From contig MU061578.1 in the NCBI GenBank assembly GCA_013265495.1, positions 2,489,308-2,553,307 of the forward strand: a stretch of DNA of 64,000 nt. The letters run 5' to 3'. The notes under the pieces were generated by a model. It was not told where the DNA came from. It saw nothing but the letters and a program-made list of their open reading frames with translations, and did no database searches. Positions 23,460 through 35,559 of the stretch are shown piece by piece. The position numbers and the translations under genes are program-made. The stretch comes from Vicugna vicugna. Taxonomy: Eukaryota. Every line of letters begins with the position of its first letter. Position 1 is the stretch's first letter.

Positions 23460-24930
23460 ATCCTTAGCTCTGGCAATTGTCCTGAGCTACATAATAGTAT
23501 TCCCAGCTGACAGCTTGACATCACCACTTGAATACTTACACAGATAGAACAAAAGCTAAACCAAACTCTCAATTTCCATCCATTCCCTACCCCAACCTCA
23601 TCCTCTTCCCATCTTTCTCATCTCATTAAATGGCACCACTCCCCACCCAGTCACTCAGACGAAAAACCTCAGAGACATCTGTTTCTCTATTTCCTCATCC
23701 CTAATGTCCGATTCATTAGCGAATCTCACGGGTTCTACCTCCAAGATACACGTCCTTGATCTGTCCATTCTCTCCATCCTCCTAATCCAAACCACTACCA
23801 TCTCCCATTAGAACTGCCGCAGGAGCCTCCTCACTCTGCTCTTTCCCCTTTCCCTCCTCAACCATCCATTTTCTACCCTGGTACCCAAATAATCTTTTAA
23901 AAACATGAATCATGTCATGTCATTTCACTTCCCTGCTTAAATGCCTTCAGCAAGTGACTTCCCATCACATGTAAAATCAAGTCCAATTTCCTCATGGTGG
24001 CTTCCAAAGCCAGGTGGGTCTGGTCCCTGACTACCTCTCTGAGATTATGCCGGCTCCTTCTCCTCCCGACTCTTGAGGGCCTAGCTGCGCTGGCCAAGCT
24101 CTAGCCCATTCCATTTGCTGCTCCTCAGCACTCCCCAAGGCTGGTTCCTTCCCAACCTGCAAGTTGAGCTCAGTGTTACCCCCTCCAAGAGCCTCCCCGA
24201 TCACCCATCCAAAGCAAAATTACTATGTGTCCCTGTTGCTCTTTACCACATCACTCCGCTTCCTTCACAATATTTAGTATCAGTGGAAGTCAGCAGACTT
24301 ACTCATTTATTACTTTCTTATCATCTTCCCATCTGCACTCCAGTAAGAGAACACTAGCTCCAGAACAGCCCCTCCTGATATTCTGATCACCTCCAATTCA
24401 CCCCGTTGTTGAAGGAGGGATCCCCATCCTCAACAGTACGAGATGGCAGAACACAGGATGCCCGTCCTTGGGCAGGTAAGATTCACACATATACTCACAG
24501 CTGGGGGAGGAGGACGTCGGAGGCCATGCAGGGCCATGTGGTGTTGCACTGGGGAGCAGAGTGAACCAGCAGGGGCTGTGGGCATAGGCTTTGTAGTAAT
24601 AGGGGTTGGGGTGCCCCCTGGTTCCTGCAGGAGTAATGTGATGGACTTGTTTGAATAGTTTCATAGGCTAGCAGGGAACTGAAGCCCCTCAGGTTGAGGA
24701 CGGGGTGGACTGTGGCTGGTCTGGCTGGTGGAGGAACTAGTCGGGTGAGGGAGCCTTTCCTGCTGGGTGGGGAGCACATCTGACAAGATCAGGGAAACCC
24801 AGGGAGGTCTGTGCAGTTCAGGCATGTTCAGGCAGCACTTGAAATTTTAGGCCTTACCATATACTTGTCTACTGGTTGATGTCCAGTACCAGGAATACAG
24901 CATTTGCTTTTAATCAATGAAGGAATGAAT
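23460..24930 (+). mobile_element. L2 LINE (long 3' part), split near its tail by an ERVL LTR
   Basis: ttgacatcaccacttgaat...aaatggcaccactccccacccagtcactcag...tcatgtcatttcacttccctgcttaaa; tail aatgaaggaatgaat at ~24920. Confidence 0.85.
24379..24861 (-). mobile_element. ERVL solo LTR, MER73/MER74-group
   Basis: Minus strand starts tatggtaaggcctaaaatttcaagtgctgcc, contains tattcaaacaagtccatcacat...caggaaccagggggcacc, ends ggggtgaattggaggtgatcagaata. Confidence 0.7.
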
Positions 24931-25429
24931 TCAAGAAATAGGCCCCCCTTTCCACTACTTTGGCTTGACTATCTGGACACACCACAACTCGGAAGGTGGC
25001 TGGGGTGGCTGGACGGGACATGAGTGTGACTCTGGTTCCCCGTGTTGCCTCTCCTATGAGCGTGTCTTCCTTCTATCTCATCACCTAACCAGCTCTGTTT
25101 CTTTAGGATTCCCCTTGGACTTGAAGTATAGTATCCATAAAGAAAAAGATCAATGCAATGTTTTATTTAAACTACAAATGTACGAATGCTATGGCTGAAT
25201 AATGAGTCTTCTATCCAAGCACCTCTTCAATGTTTCCATTTATTTTTCATCTGAATCATTGCACTCCAAGAGGTCCCTGTACCTTTACAACATGGAGACA
25301 CGGTCAGATTCTTCCCTTCTGAATATTCACCCATTTTCACAAAAAGGAAAAATGTACATGCAGATGTAATGTTCAAACACAAATGAACAATGCCCTGTCT
25401 TCATTAGAGCTTCTAATGTATATTTCAAT

Positions 25430-25960
25430 GGTTCTTCTAATATTCATTTTTAATAAAAGAGGGGCATGCTCATTAGAGAAGACTGGAAAAACACAGAGCA
25501 CAAAAAAGAACAGAATAATTACTCAGAGCCCCATCATCCAAACACAGCCACTGGGGGATAGTTTCTTCTGATTTTTTTTTCTAGGCATAATTATCTTTGA
25601 TAGAGCTAGATTTTTACAACATTTTTTCTTATTTTTAGTTAATATCAGAGTATCACATTTTGGTGTTAAATCAGACTCCTTAAAAACATAATTTTTAATG
25701 ACTGCGTAAGATTGCATCAACTGGATAGACCTTAAGTCTTAGTGGTCTACCTAGAGTTGGATATTTTGATTGTTTACAATTTAGGTTGTTTTCAATATTA
25801 TAACAACACTGAGCAGATTTTTATTCTTAAAGCTTTTATGATACTTAGGATAATTTTCTTCTGAGAAATGTTCAGACTTCCTGGACTAATATTAAAGATA
25901 TCTTTAAGGCATTTGATCTATATTATCAAGTTGTTTCCCAAAAGAGATGTGGCAAATTAC
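25430..25960 (-). mobile_element. Ancient L1M 3' fragment
   Basis: tttttaatgactgcgtaagattgcatc...gttggatattttgattgtttacaatt...tttttcaatattataacaacactg. Confidence 0.6.
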
Positions 25961-26989
25961 CTTAAAAAAAAAAAAAGAGGGGAGGGTTGCATTTAAGCAG
26001 AGTGACACTGACTTTGGCTCTCTCTCTTCTGTTCCTAAATATTTCCTGACATAATTCAAAAGAATCTTTCAGCGCCTTATCTCCCATTTCTTTCCCATGA
26101 AATTCTCACCCATGAATTTCCATTTGTCACCACAGAATTCTAAGTCAATGCATTTTCCGGCTACAGTGTGTAGACGTTCCCAATCTGGTCCCGCGATACA
26201 GGCGATAGTTCAGGCTTCATCAGTCAGAATGCCTCCCCCTCGCAGTCTTCTAGGCATGTCACAGCAGCCCTTCCTGCCAGCAGCCGGGGCAGGTACATAC
26301 GCATCAAGGGCAGAAAACTCCACACGGAAGAAAAGACCCTTGAGACTGACTTGGCCTGAGATGAAATTAAAAATTCAGTTCAAAGAGTTTAAGTGATCCA
26401 AGAGGACTATTTTCTTCTTGGTGTTTCAAATATAGCCCTGTCTTGGATGCAAAGAGAGATGAGTTCTGAAGGTTCCTTTATCTTATCAAAAGAAGCACTT
26501 CTTAATAATGTGGCCTGAAAGCAAAGAGATTAGAGAAGAGAAGCCTGGGCTTTGTATGAGTGTAAATCACTCGGCTGTGCAAAATGACGGAGATTTCTGG
26601 TCCTGGGTCTTCTGTGGCCCCAGATCAATCCACCAAAACCAGTGCCTACACCTTAAAACGAAGGGCACCAAATAACCAAATGGCTTCTTTGTTTCTGTCA
26701 TTGTTGAAGAAAAGCAACATGGGCCAGCCTAAGTCACATGACACCATTTGAGTGATCCTGGCTGGGAATCAGAGCACTGAGCCACCTCTCCCCAGACAAG
26801 GGAGTGAGGGAAGCATCAGGGTCCCCTGACGCTCCACTCCCCCTGGGATTGCCCCCTCCCCCATCACGACTGCTTCCACAGGAGCATTGAACCTGCAAAC
26901 AAGTTTTTTAGTTTGTTTCTCTACTTAGATACAAACCTGTAAAAGCTTCCCTAGGAGGGGCAGTCTAGATCTATGTGCCAAAATTCTTC

Positions 26990-28440
26990 AAAGAGCTTCA
27001 AATTTCTAAGGAAATAGCCTGAGGTATATACCCAGATTGGCACCACGGTTGGTCATTGCAACTCTACTCATAGTTGAAAATAACAGAAACAATCAGAAAC
27101 GGAGCAGAGAGCTAGCTGAATATATCATATACATTAGTGCATACAGTGGAATGCCATGCAATCTCTGAAAATTAAGTGACAGAAAGCATTTAGTGATATG
27201 AGAAAAAAAAACAGGTAACAAAGCAATTATAAATTGCCTTGATCATAGAAAAAAGACTGGACATTTCAACATGGCACTTGAGGACACATGCTTACCTTCC
27301 CATTCTCCCCAAATCCCATGGAAACAATAATAAACAAAAAGCCTATAATGGTACTAAGAACTGGAAGGAGTTAGGTGGCTTTCCTGGATCCTACCTGTTT
27401 CCCAACTGGCAGTGATGGACTCTACCAGAACAGACCAGAAAGGTGTTTGATAAAGAAACTGACCCCTCTTCCTGACAGAGATCCAACACTTCTAGGACAG
27501 TGTTCTTGTTCCTCAGGATAGCCCTACTCATGTTGGCATTGGGGAGAGGGTGACCAGCCTGCCTGCCAGTCTACTCCTGCAAATCCTAAAGCAAAACCTA
27601 GCAGATGTTTACACACATACACACACACACACACACTAGCCCACAGACCACAGTCAGCTCTTGAATCCATCGGTGAGGTCTAATGAGGAAACAGACTCAC
27701 ACTCAGCAGAGGAAACCCACACCAGCATCTGTAAAGAGACATTTCCTCCTCTTGAGACTGGCTGTATTATTCGTTCTACAATAAATATCATTAACTGCTT
27801 TTAATTTTTAAAAATCAATCTACAGACAAAGTTTAGATGACAAGGCCAGCTACAGGAGAAAACAGAAATTTGTAAACCCTGACAATGTAAAATTAATGGC
27901 AGGAGGAGAGATGAAAGGAAGTGCTAGGGCCCTGTTGTTTTTGTTTTTGTTTTTGTTTTTTCTCATCTTAGTGGGCAATCAAGAGTTATTGTGGAAAGGA
28001 AATAAAAAATAGAGGCTGAAGATCATTATTTAAAGGTATAAAGGTAACCAATAGGATGACTAATATTAATGATAGAAGCACCAAAAATCAAGATGAGGAG
28101 AGAAGAAGGGAATGTGCAAGGTATTGTAAATGAGCTCAAGTCCTCATTTGTCAATAGACAGGTATTTATCAGAGCCAATATGGATGGAATCAACAGACTT
28201 GGCATCGTAAATTCGAAAGAAGAAATCAGGGTGTTGATGCACAATTTAGAGGAATAGAGGGGGCCACCAGGAAAACTTTACACAGACAGGGCTCCAAGAG
28301 GCTACCCCCAGTGTGTGGGTTGAGGATGGGGGTGCACAGGGAAGTTCTGCTTCTAAGGCAACACACTTCTACACACCCTGACTTGCATAGCACATGCATG
28401 TTTCACTTTTACAACAAAACAATTTTAAAACAAAATGGAG
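26990..28440 (+). mobile_element. Ancient L1M-type fragments with internal (CA)n
   Basis: aatttctaaggaaatagcctgagg...tacagtggaatgccatgca; A-rich degenerate LINE text; (CA)n at ~27610-27636. Confidence 0.4.
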
Positions 28441-28469
28441 CTTTGACAGGCAGGACATACATCAGAGGC

Positions 28470-28645
28470 TCTCTGCCTGCCTGTAAATTGGAGTCAGCTG
28501 GGGGTTTTGCAAAACTGTGATGCCTGAGCAGCACACCCTCCCCAGCTCAGATTTCAGATTGGATGGGTCTAGAGTGGGCCCAGGAATGGTTCAATTAAAA
28601 GCTCCCCCAGGTGACGCCAATGTGCTAAGGGCTAAGAACCAATGA
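28470..28645. mobile_element. MER5-family hAT-Charlie MITE
   Basis: cagatttcagattggatgggtctagagtgggcccaggaat...aagctcccccaggtgacgccaatgtg...agaaccaatg. Confidence 0.75.
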
Positions 28646-29439
28646 CTTGCTAAGTGCAGGATTATCTTCTTCCATATCCTAAATTTTCCACCCATCCATG
28701 CGACAGCTGTCTATTGAGTACCCACTGTCCTTGATGCTGGGGATCAGGTGGTGGACAAGACCTGTCACCAAGGGACTTACTCTGGAAGGGGGGGGAGAAA
28801 TTATTCAGCAAATGACTCATTCATTAATTCATTTTAATCACAGTAAAGGCTACACAAAGAAGGGTACAATAAAGCCACGCATTATTTTTGTAATCTGGAG
28901 GAAATAGAAGACATTTTTAAAATCCATCCTCTTTTTATTTAATCCCTTAATTACTCTGCCCCTCCCTTTTCCCAGAGACTGGAGGTCAACGTCTCTGTCC
29001 TTCCCGAAGACGCCATCAAGGAGCTATAATTCCATCACCAAGCAAGGGCTGGAATCCTGCCCCTCAAGCCATCATGAGCGACAACCATAAAATCCATGTC
29101 CCGAGACCCTGGCAACTGGCCAGAGTGACTGCACACTGTATGCTTGTGGCTTAAAATCCTTGCCCCCAGCAAGGAGTTGAAAGGGTGAGCAGAGAGCATG
29201 AATGAGGATCCCCTCCTCCAAAACACACTTACCTGTAGTGAGGTTCCGATATGACACAAGCCTATGGTCAGGGCTTCTTTCTCGATACTTCCATGGATTC
29301 CCCCCCCAAACAAACCCACCATCCAAGAGAACCAAGGAGGCAATGAAAAATATGGATCATTAATCCAGGGATGGCAGGGGATAACTGATAGCTAATAGGG
29401 GGTCATCCATAAAGTTGGGGCTGTAGGCATCCACAGTCA

Positions 29440-29940
29440 TCACCCTCTGACCTGCCATGTTCTCTCTGATGACAGAAAAAAGCAGTGATTCTTTGTGTTT
29501 TGCCAGTTTATTTTTGCTACAGGGGAGAAAGAGCAAAAATAACAAACAACTCTCCAGTTGTACGCTACGACTATTAAATGGGAAATTATTGAAAAATCAG
29601 AGCCCTTAACTTAATCCAACACCAGTAAAGAGCAACAGAGAAGGCTAATGATGGACAGTAAACACAGGTGGGTCCTACAGCTAACTTGAGGGGGCCAGTC
29701 AGAGACTGTGGTGGCCGAGAGCTTGACGCCAGGGCTATCATGTGGCTAATTTGGTTAGCGGCAACGGCAGGCTCCTTGTAGTGAGCGCCTGCCTTTTCCC
29801 ATTTCATCTCATTTTTACAGTAACCGTGTTTTTATTTTCACAGGCCAGTTTGATTCTGTCTCACGCTTTCAGGATTGAGTTTTTCAGATTTATGACACAA
29901 AAGCTTTCAAATGGTTGTGACGTCTGGGCCTCCCCATGCA
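29440..29940. promoter_or_regulatory. Candidate conserved non-coding element/enhancer
   Basis: Repeat-free; TTAATCC, GTAAACA, GATTTATGAC, TGACGTC and several TAAT cores; retained CpGs. Confidence 0.4.
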
Positions 29941-30189
29941 GATCCCCATCACTCTTCTCTATACCTGAGACCTCACAGTCCTGCAAGGGGCTTCCTTGGG
30001 CTGAACCCCAAAGTCTAAGGGCTGCGGTCTCCAAAAGAAATATCTTTATTACCTCCAAGAGAAAGCCAACTGTAGCCATAACTTACCTCCTTCCCCTTCT
30101 CCACCCCAGGCCAACTGACTGTATCTACAGACACTCCTTGCCCCAAAAGTCCCTTAATTAATCCACCCAGCGCTTGAGTCCTATTAAAC

Positions 30190-30997
30190 CTGTGGTCCTC
30201 AGTGGGAAAGGTGCTGCCCCCTAGAGGGAACTCTGGGAGTTTGCGGGGATGGTTTTAGTCGTCGTCGTGATTCTGGGGACCCAGAATCCTTCAGGGAGCA
30301 GAGAAGCCAGGCATCCTGCAGTGTAAAGGACAGACCCACGCCCTTTGTCCCACACAATTCTGGATCGACCCCTGGACGGTCTCAATGGCAAATAGTAATA
30401 ACAAGCCTGTTTAAAATGACCTTCACCTAGAACCTAACTCTATATTTCGCGTGTAAATAAAAGTATGTTTGCACAGTTGAAATACACGTTGTTCAGACAC
30501 GTAAATAAAAGATTGTACTTTATGCCATTCAAAACTTGACCAAGGGCTGTTCAGTATTTTGGGAAATCAAGTTACCAAGAAAAACACACCTCATGTTTCT
30601 AAGTCCCCAGGACAAGTGATCGGCATTGGTAGATGTCACACTCAGAGTAACTCCACATACCTGCGCTTTCTTATAGGCTCATCGCATTCTGATGTGGCTC
30701 CAGTCCCAAAACATCAGTTTAAAAAAGAGCATCACTAATACTCAATTGGATATTGTCATCTTAAATCCCAATATCCATTAGAAGTAGATTCAAGAGCAGT
30801 TACTTCATCATGTCTCCAGCATAATTGAGCACTTACATACTGAAGTACCTCCTTATTATAAGTTGCCTCCTTTTATTTCTCCTTTATAGCAGGGCAAGAT
30901 TTCTTTTGATGCAAAGTGTAAAGGTGGGTTATATTTATCTGAATGTTCATCAGGGTAGGAAAGTATATTGTTACATAACAGGGGCATTCACTCTGAT
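30190..30997 (+). mobile_element. MER20B/Charlie24-like hAT DNA transposon
   Basis: gccccctagaggg; cctagaacctaactc; gattgtacttt; gagcacttacatactgaa; ccttttatttctcctttata; near-terminal acaggggcattcactctgat. Confidence 0.8.
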
Positions 30998-31139
30998 CAT
31001 TTTTGCCTCACAAAATAGCCTGCATTGCTTGTATGCACAAAGCTTGGCCAGGTAAGGCTGACCCTGGGCTCTGACCCCTGGATGCCTGGAGTCACCCTAC
31101 CTGACAGTCCAGATTTCATATCCGCAGCTGGACTGGCCC

Positions 31140-31630
31140 TTTGAGCCCTGGACAGGATTTTGAAATCCCTTCCCACTCTTGGATGTTCTGCCTCCACCAG
31201 CCCCTGCCCAGCCCATCCCTCCAACCTCACCTTGCCTCCCTGGCTCACCACACCCCAGCCACCTCTCCTGTTTCTCAAATACCATGCTCCTTCCTACCAC
31301 AGAACCTCTGCATGTGATTTCCTCCTTCTGGACTGTTTCTGGCAAACTCCCATTTATCCTTCATCTGTCACCCTTTTTAAGAGGCTTCCCCTGACTCTCA
31401 AACCCAGGTCAGGTCCCACCACCTGCTTGCATTTCTTACAGAGCAGTGACCATGACTGTAATTAACTAGTCTGTGATTATCTGCCTGAACTCTGACTCCC
31501 TGGATAACTCAATGCTCCGTGAGAGGGACTTCTTCCTAATTCCCTCCTCAATATTTCACCCCAACCAGATGGTGACGAGTCTATAGTTGGTGCTCAATGA
31601 ATACTTACGATGAGTGAACACATAAATGGA
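31140..31630 (+). mobile_element. L2 3' region
   Basis: ccacctctcctgtttctcaaataccatgc...atagttggtgctcaatgaatac. Confidence 0.75.
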
Positions 31631-32639
31631 CCCTCTGAGTAAAACCTAAAGTCACTAGGCAGAGTTCTTGATGTAACAACAGCCTTCTCTCTGCCTTCCT
31701 GTGTGATTAGCACAATGGAAAGCTGACCCAGATGCCCTCGAAATGAAGACTTTCTAGAAAAATCTTCTCAGGGATATTAGCCTCCTGGGCAGGGATCTGG
31801 GTCTGCTCCCTTCACTAATGTAGCCCTGGCATCTGACACAGGGTGTTGCCACCGGTAGTTGCTCAGTGAACCAATCAATCCACCACAGCAGGCCAGTCAC
31901 TGGCACTGATTTCTTATTGACAACATCAGAATTACAGTGCAGTGGTGCATTTGGGATGGTTTTGAGGAAGGGATGACGGCCCATCCGTAGCAGGGTTGAT
32001 ATTTCCAGATCTTTGTGGCTGCCCACGCCTCGTCAGTACAGAGCCACGCGCTGCAAACATGATTTCCCCACCCCTGTCAGAGGTAGCACCTGCCTCACTT
32101 GTGCCTCAGGCCCCTCTCCCAGAACTCCACGCCCCCTCAGTCCTCCTGGAAATCCTTCCATACATGTCAAGTCGATAAGAAACTCGCTCTCCGAGTCCTG
32201 CCCAGGGCCTGAGCATCTAGGCAGCAAAGGGATTCTTGGGGCAGAGTGACCCCAAGCGTCAAGGAATCCCAACAAACAGCAAAAGCCCGGGAGCCTCAGA
32301 GAGCTTGATACCAACCCCGCCTCCCGCCCACTCCCTAGAGTCACTGCCTTAGGCAAAAAGATTACTATGGGTAAATCATTATGAAAAGGCTCCCGCTGGG
32401 GAGGATCAAAGGAGAACGGAAAGAAGTGCTTCAGTGAGTCAGACAGGGGCAGCAGGAAATGGCCCAGTGCAGGCTGATTTTCCTGGCCACCCTCTCTACC
32501 AGCTAACGCCTTCAAGGCTGAGCAGACCCTCCCCAAGGCTTCCCGTTTAAAAAGCCTCACACTGGAGGGCTGTCCTGGAACAGTGGAAACCTCCTGCACC
32601 GCTCACATAGAGACAAGCCAAAAAGATGACCTTGTGAAA

Positions 32640-33170
32640 TGAATATGAGAACAAAATACTGATGGTCTAGGGAAGAGGCTTTCATGTGATTCTGTCTAGG
32701 CACATGGTCCCCAATTTGGCTACATTCCCCAAAAAAATCATACCTCACATACCTTATATATTGAATTATATTAAATTTTTCTTGAACCCACCTAGCTCTT
32801 GGCTTCCTCTCCACCTGATGCTCTATCACCCTAGAACAATCTTTCCCAGTTGTCCACAGGCCAGCACCTGCTCACATTTTAGTTTCAGCCTAAGCATCAA
32901 CTCCTCCAAGAAGGCTTCCCAGACCTCCCTCTCCTGGTCCCTCTATCTTGGGCAGCCTGTTTGCTTCCCTCATGGCTCTCAGGGCAATCTGAAAGCTTTT
33001 CACTTAATTGCTCAAAGACTTGTTTTGCTGCACTTTCCCCACTGGAATGCAGCCAGCATGAGGGCAGGAACCCTGTCTCTCAGTCACCCTGGAGCCCCCT
33101 CCCCTCCATGTTGGGCTCAGCTCAGTGCCTGGCATTTAGTAGGCTCCCACTCAGTCGTTGTTGAGTGAAG
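32640..33170 (+). mobile_element. L2 3' region
   Basis: catcaactcctccaagaaggcttcccag...atgagggcaggaaccctgtct...cagtgcctggcatttagtaggctc. Confidence 0.75.
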
Positions 33171-33356
33171 GACAAACTCTGCTGGGGACACTTGTTACTT
33201 AATCAAGCCATCCATGTATTCACCCACACAGGGGTAACCAGGACTTGCCAGGGACTGTGCTGGATGCTTGAACTGCATCATGAGTCATTTCACAAAGCCA
33301 GAAGCAGTAGGACCACATCTCTCTGGCTCCACAAGTTATGCTTAGGGTGTATTTCT

Positions 33357-33828
33357 TTTTATTTTATTTTTTATTGAAGTATAGTTGAATTACAATGTTG
33401 TGTTAGTTTATAGTGTACAGAAAAGTGATTTGGTTTTATATATATATATATATATGGAATATATATATATGTATCTTTTTCATATTCTTTTCCATTATTA
33501 TAAGATGCTGAATATAGTTCCCTATGCTATACAGTAGGTCCTTGTTGTTTATCTATTTTATATATAGTAGTGTGTATATATTAATCCCAGATTCCTAATT
33601 TATCCCTCCACCCCGTTCCCCTTGGGTAACCATAAGTGTTTTCTATGTCTGTGAGTCTGTTTTTTGTTTTGTAAATAAGTTGATCTGCATCATTTTTAGA
33701 TTCCACATATAGGTGATATCATATGATATCTGTCTCTGACTTACTTCACTTAATACGATAATCTCTAGGTCCATCCAGGTGTATACAAATAGCATTGTTT
33801 CATTCTTTTTGTGGCCGAGTAATATTCC

Positions 33829-33880
<52 letters not shown>

Positions 33881-34003
33881 CCACATCTTCTTTATCCATC
33901 TGTCAATGAACATTTAGGTTGCTTCCATGACTTGGCTATTGTAAATTGTGCTGCTATGAACACTGACATGCATGTGTCTTTTCAAATTAGAGTTTCTCCA
34001 CCC
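33357..34003 (-). mobile_element. 5'-truncated L1 3' end, cetartiodactyl type
   Basis: ttattgaagtatagttgaattacaatgttgtgttagttt...ttagattccacatat...ttggctattgtaaat; TSD agggtgtatttct (33344-33356) / aggatgtatttct (34004-34016). Confidence 0.93.
33834..33877 (+). repeat. (CA)n microsatellite, ~21 units
   Basis: Read directly. Confidence 0.95.
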
Positions 34004-34273
34004 AGGATGTATTTCTGAAATGGGGAAAGTGCAGATATAGTGTCCCCTTGCTTGTGTCTTGTACCATGTACACACACGTGCACACGTACACAACACACAC
34101 TGGAAGCCTGTTGCAACCCTCAGGTCTCCTCTGCTTCTACTCCCCAGGAGACAGGGCCCACAAGCAAAACCCATGCAGCAAACAATTAACACCACAACCT
34201 CCTGAGCCCCACAGAGTCTACATGGACGGCAGCAGCTTCTGGGTCAAAGGTTTCCAACCTGAACTGACTCTAC

Positions 34274-35206
34274 TTGGGGTGGTTAATTTTAAGCTTCAAC
34301 TTGGCTGGGACATGGTGCCCAGACATGTGGTCAAACCTTATCTGATGTTTCTGTGAAGATGTTTTTAGATGAGATCAATATTTAAGTCAGCAGACTTTGA
34401 GTAAAGCAGATTGTTGTCCTCTGTAATGTGGGTGGGCCTCATCCAACCAGCTGAAGGCGAGAATAGAACAAAATATGGACCGCCCCAGAGCAAGAGGGAA
34501 TTCTTCTGCAGATGGCCTTTGAACTCAAACTGCACCATTGGCCCTTCCAGGACTGCAGCCTGACAACCCACCCTGCAGATTGTGGACTTAGCTCCAATAA
34601 GCATGTGAGCCAATTCCTTAAAATAAATCTCTTTATACATGCATACAGAGAGAGAGAGAGAGAAACAGACACACACATACACACACACCCTACTGGTTCT
34701 GTTTCTCTTGCAAACGAAAAATACTGCAAACCGTATCAGTAAACAAAGAATGCTGAAGCCATCAAGTCATCAGTGGCTGCCACCACCCCCCAGTGAGGAC
34801 AGGCCTGCAGCCCAGCCTCTGCAGCCACTCACAATGGTGCACTCTGAGGAGACCCAGAATAAGAAAGGACAGGATACTGGCCCTAGATAGCTAGATGCTT
34901 GTCAAAGGAATGAATTCAATGAGCCCAAATGTTTGCTTCCTCCCGTACATAGAAAAGCACTAAATTCTTTAACCTGAGATGCCTGGTTTTCCTTAGATAA
35001 CAAGTAATCTTTTATTATTCCAACTACCTGGTCTTTGTTGTAAAGCTCCTATATATCCTAGCTCCTCCCCTACCTCTCCTGAGCAGCCCCTCAGAGTGAT
35101 CTGAGAGGCTGTCATCCCAGCTCGAGTCCTCCCGCCAAATAAAACATAACTCAACTTTTAGGCTGTGCGTTTATTTCAGTCAACACTCTGAAGAACACTA
35201 GCATAC
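34274..35206 (+). mobile_element. MLT2 (ERVL) LTR, split at its 3' end by an ERV1 LTR
   Basis: ggttaattttaagcttcaacttggc...gtgggtgggcctcatccaaccagctgaagg...cctactggttctgtttctct | ctctgaagaacac. Confidence 0.9.
34709..35185 (+). mobile_element. Intact ERV1-type solo LTR (477 bp)
   Basis: TG...CA termini; 4-bp TSD CTCT (34705-34708 / 35186-35189); TATA-like tatatat at 35050-35056; AATAAA at 35138-35143. Confidence 0.85.
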
Positions 35207-35559
35207 CTCTTGAGAGTTCCAACCCTCCCTCCAGCTCACAGCCAGCCCCAGACACATCTGTAAGACCGGGAATTGGGGAGAGGAGGGCTGATCCCACAGC
35301 CTGCGTATGGCACACTCCCAGGTGAGAGACAAGAAAACATGGGAGGCACCCATGAACAGAGTCAGGATGCTGAGGGGCCCTGGGACTGGACCCCTCCGGA
35401 TACCGACATGGATTTCAATACAGGAATTACCACTTACTAGGGCATTATCTTGGGCAACTGGCCATTCCACTCTGAGCACCAGTTTCCTCATCTGTAAAAC
35501 AGGAATGGGAGCAGCTCCTGGGTCATTGAATCATTTGTTACCCACCTGGCCGGGCCTCC

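Noticed and set aside
32033..32599. Longest ORF in the window (188 aa, minus strand)
   Set aside because: No recognisable domain, composition typical of GC-rich non-coding DNA, and no supporting exon structure.
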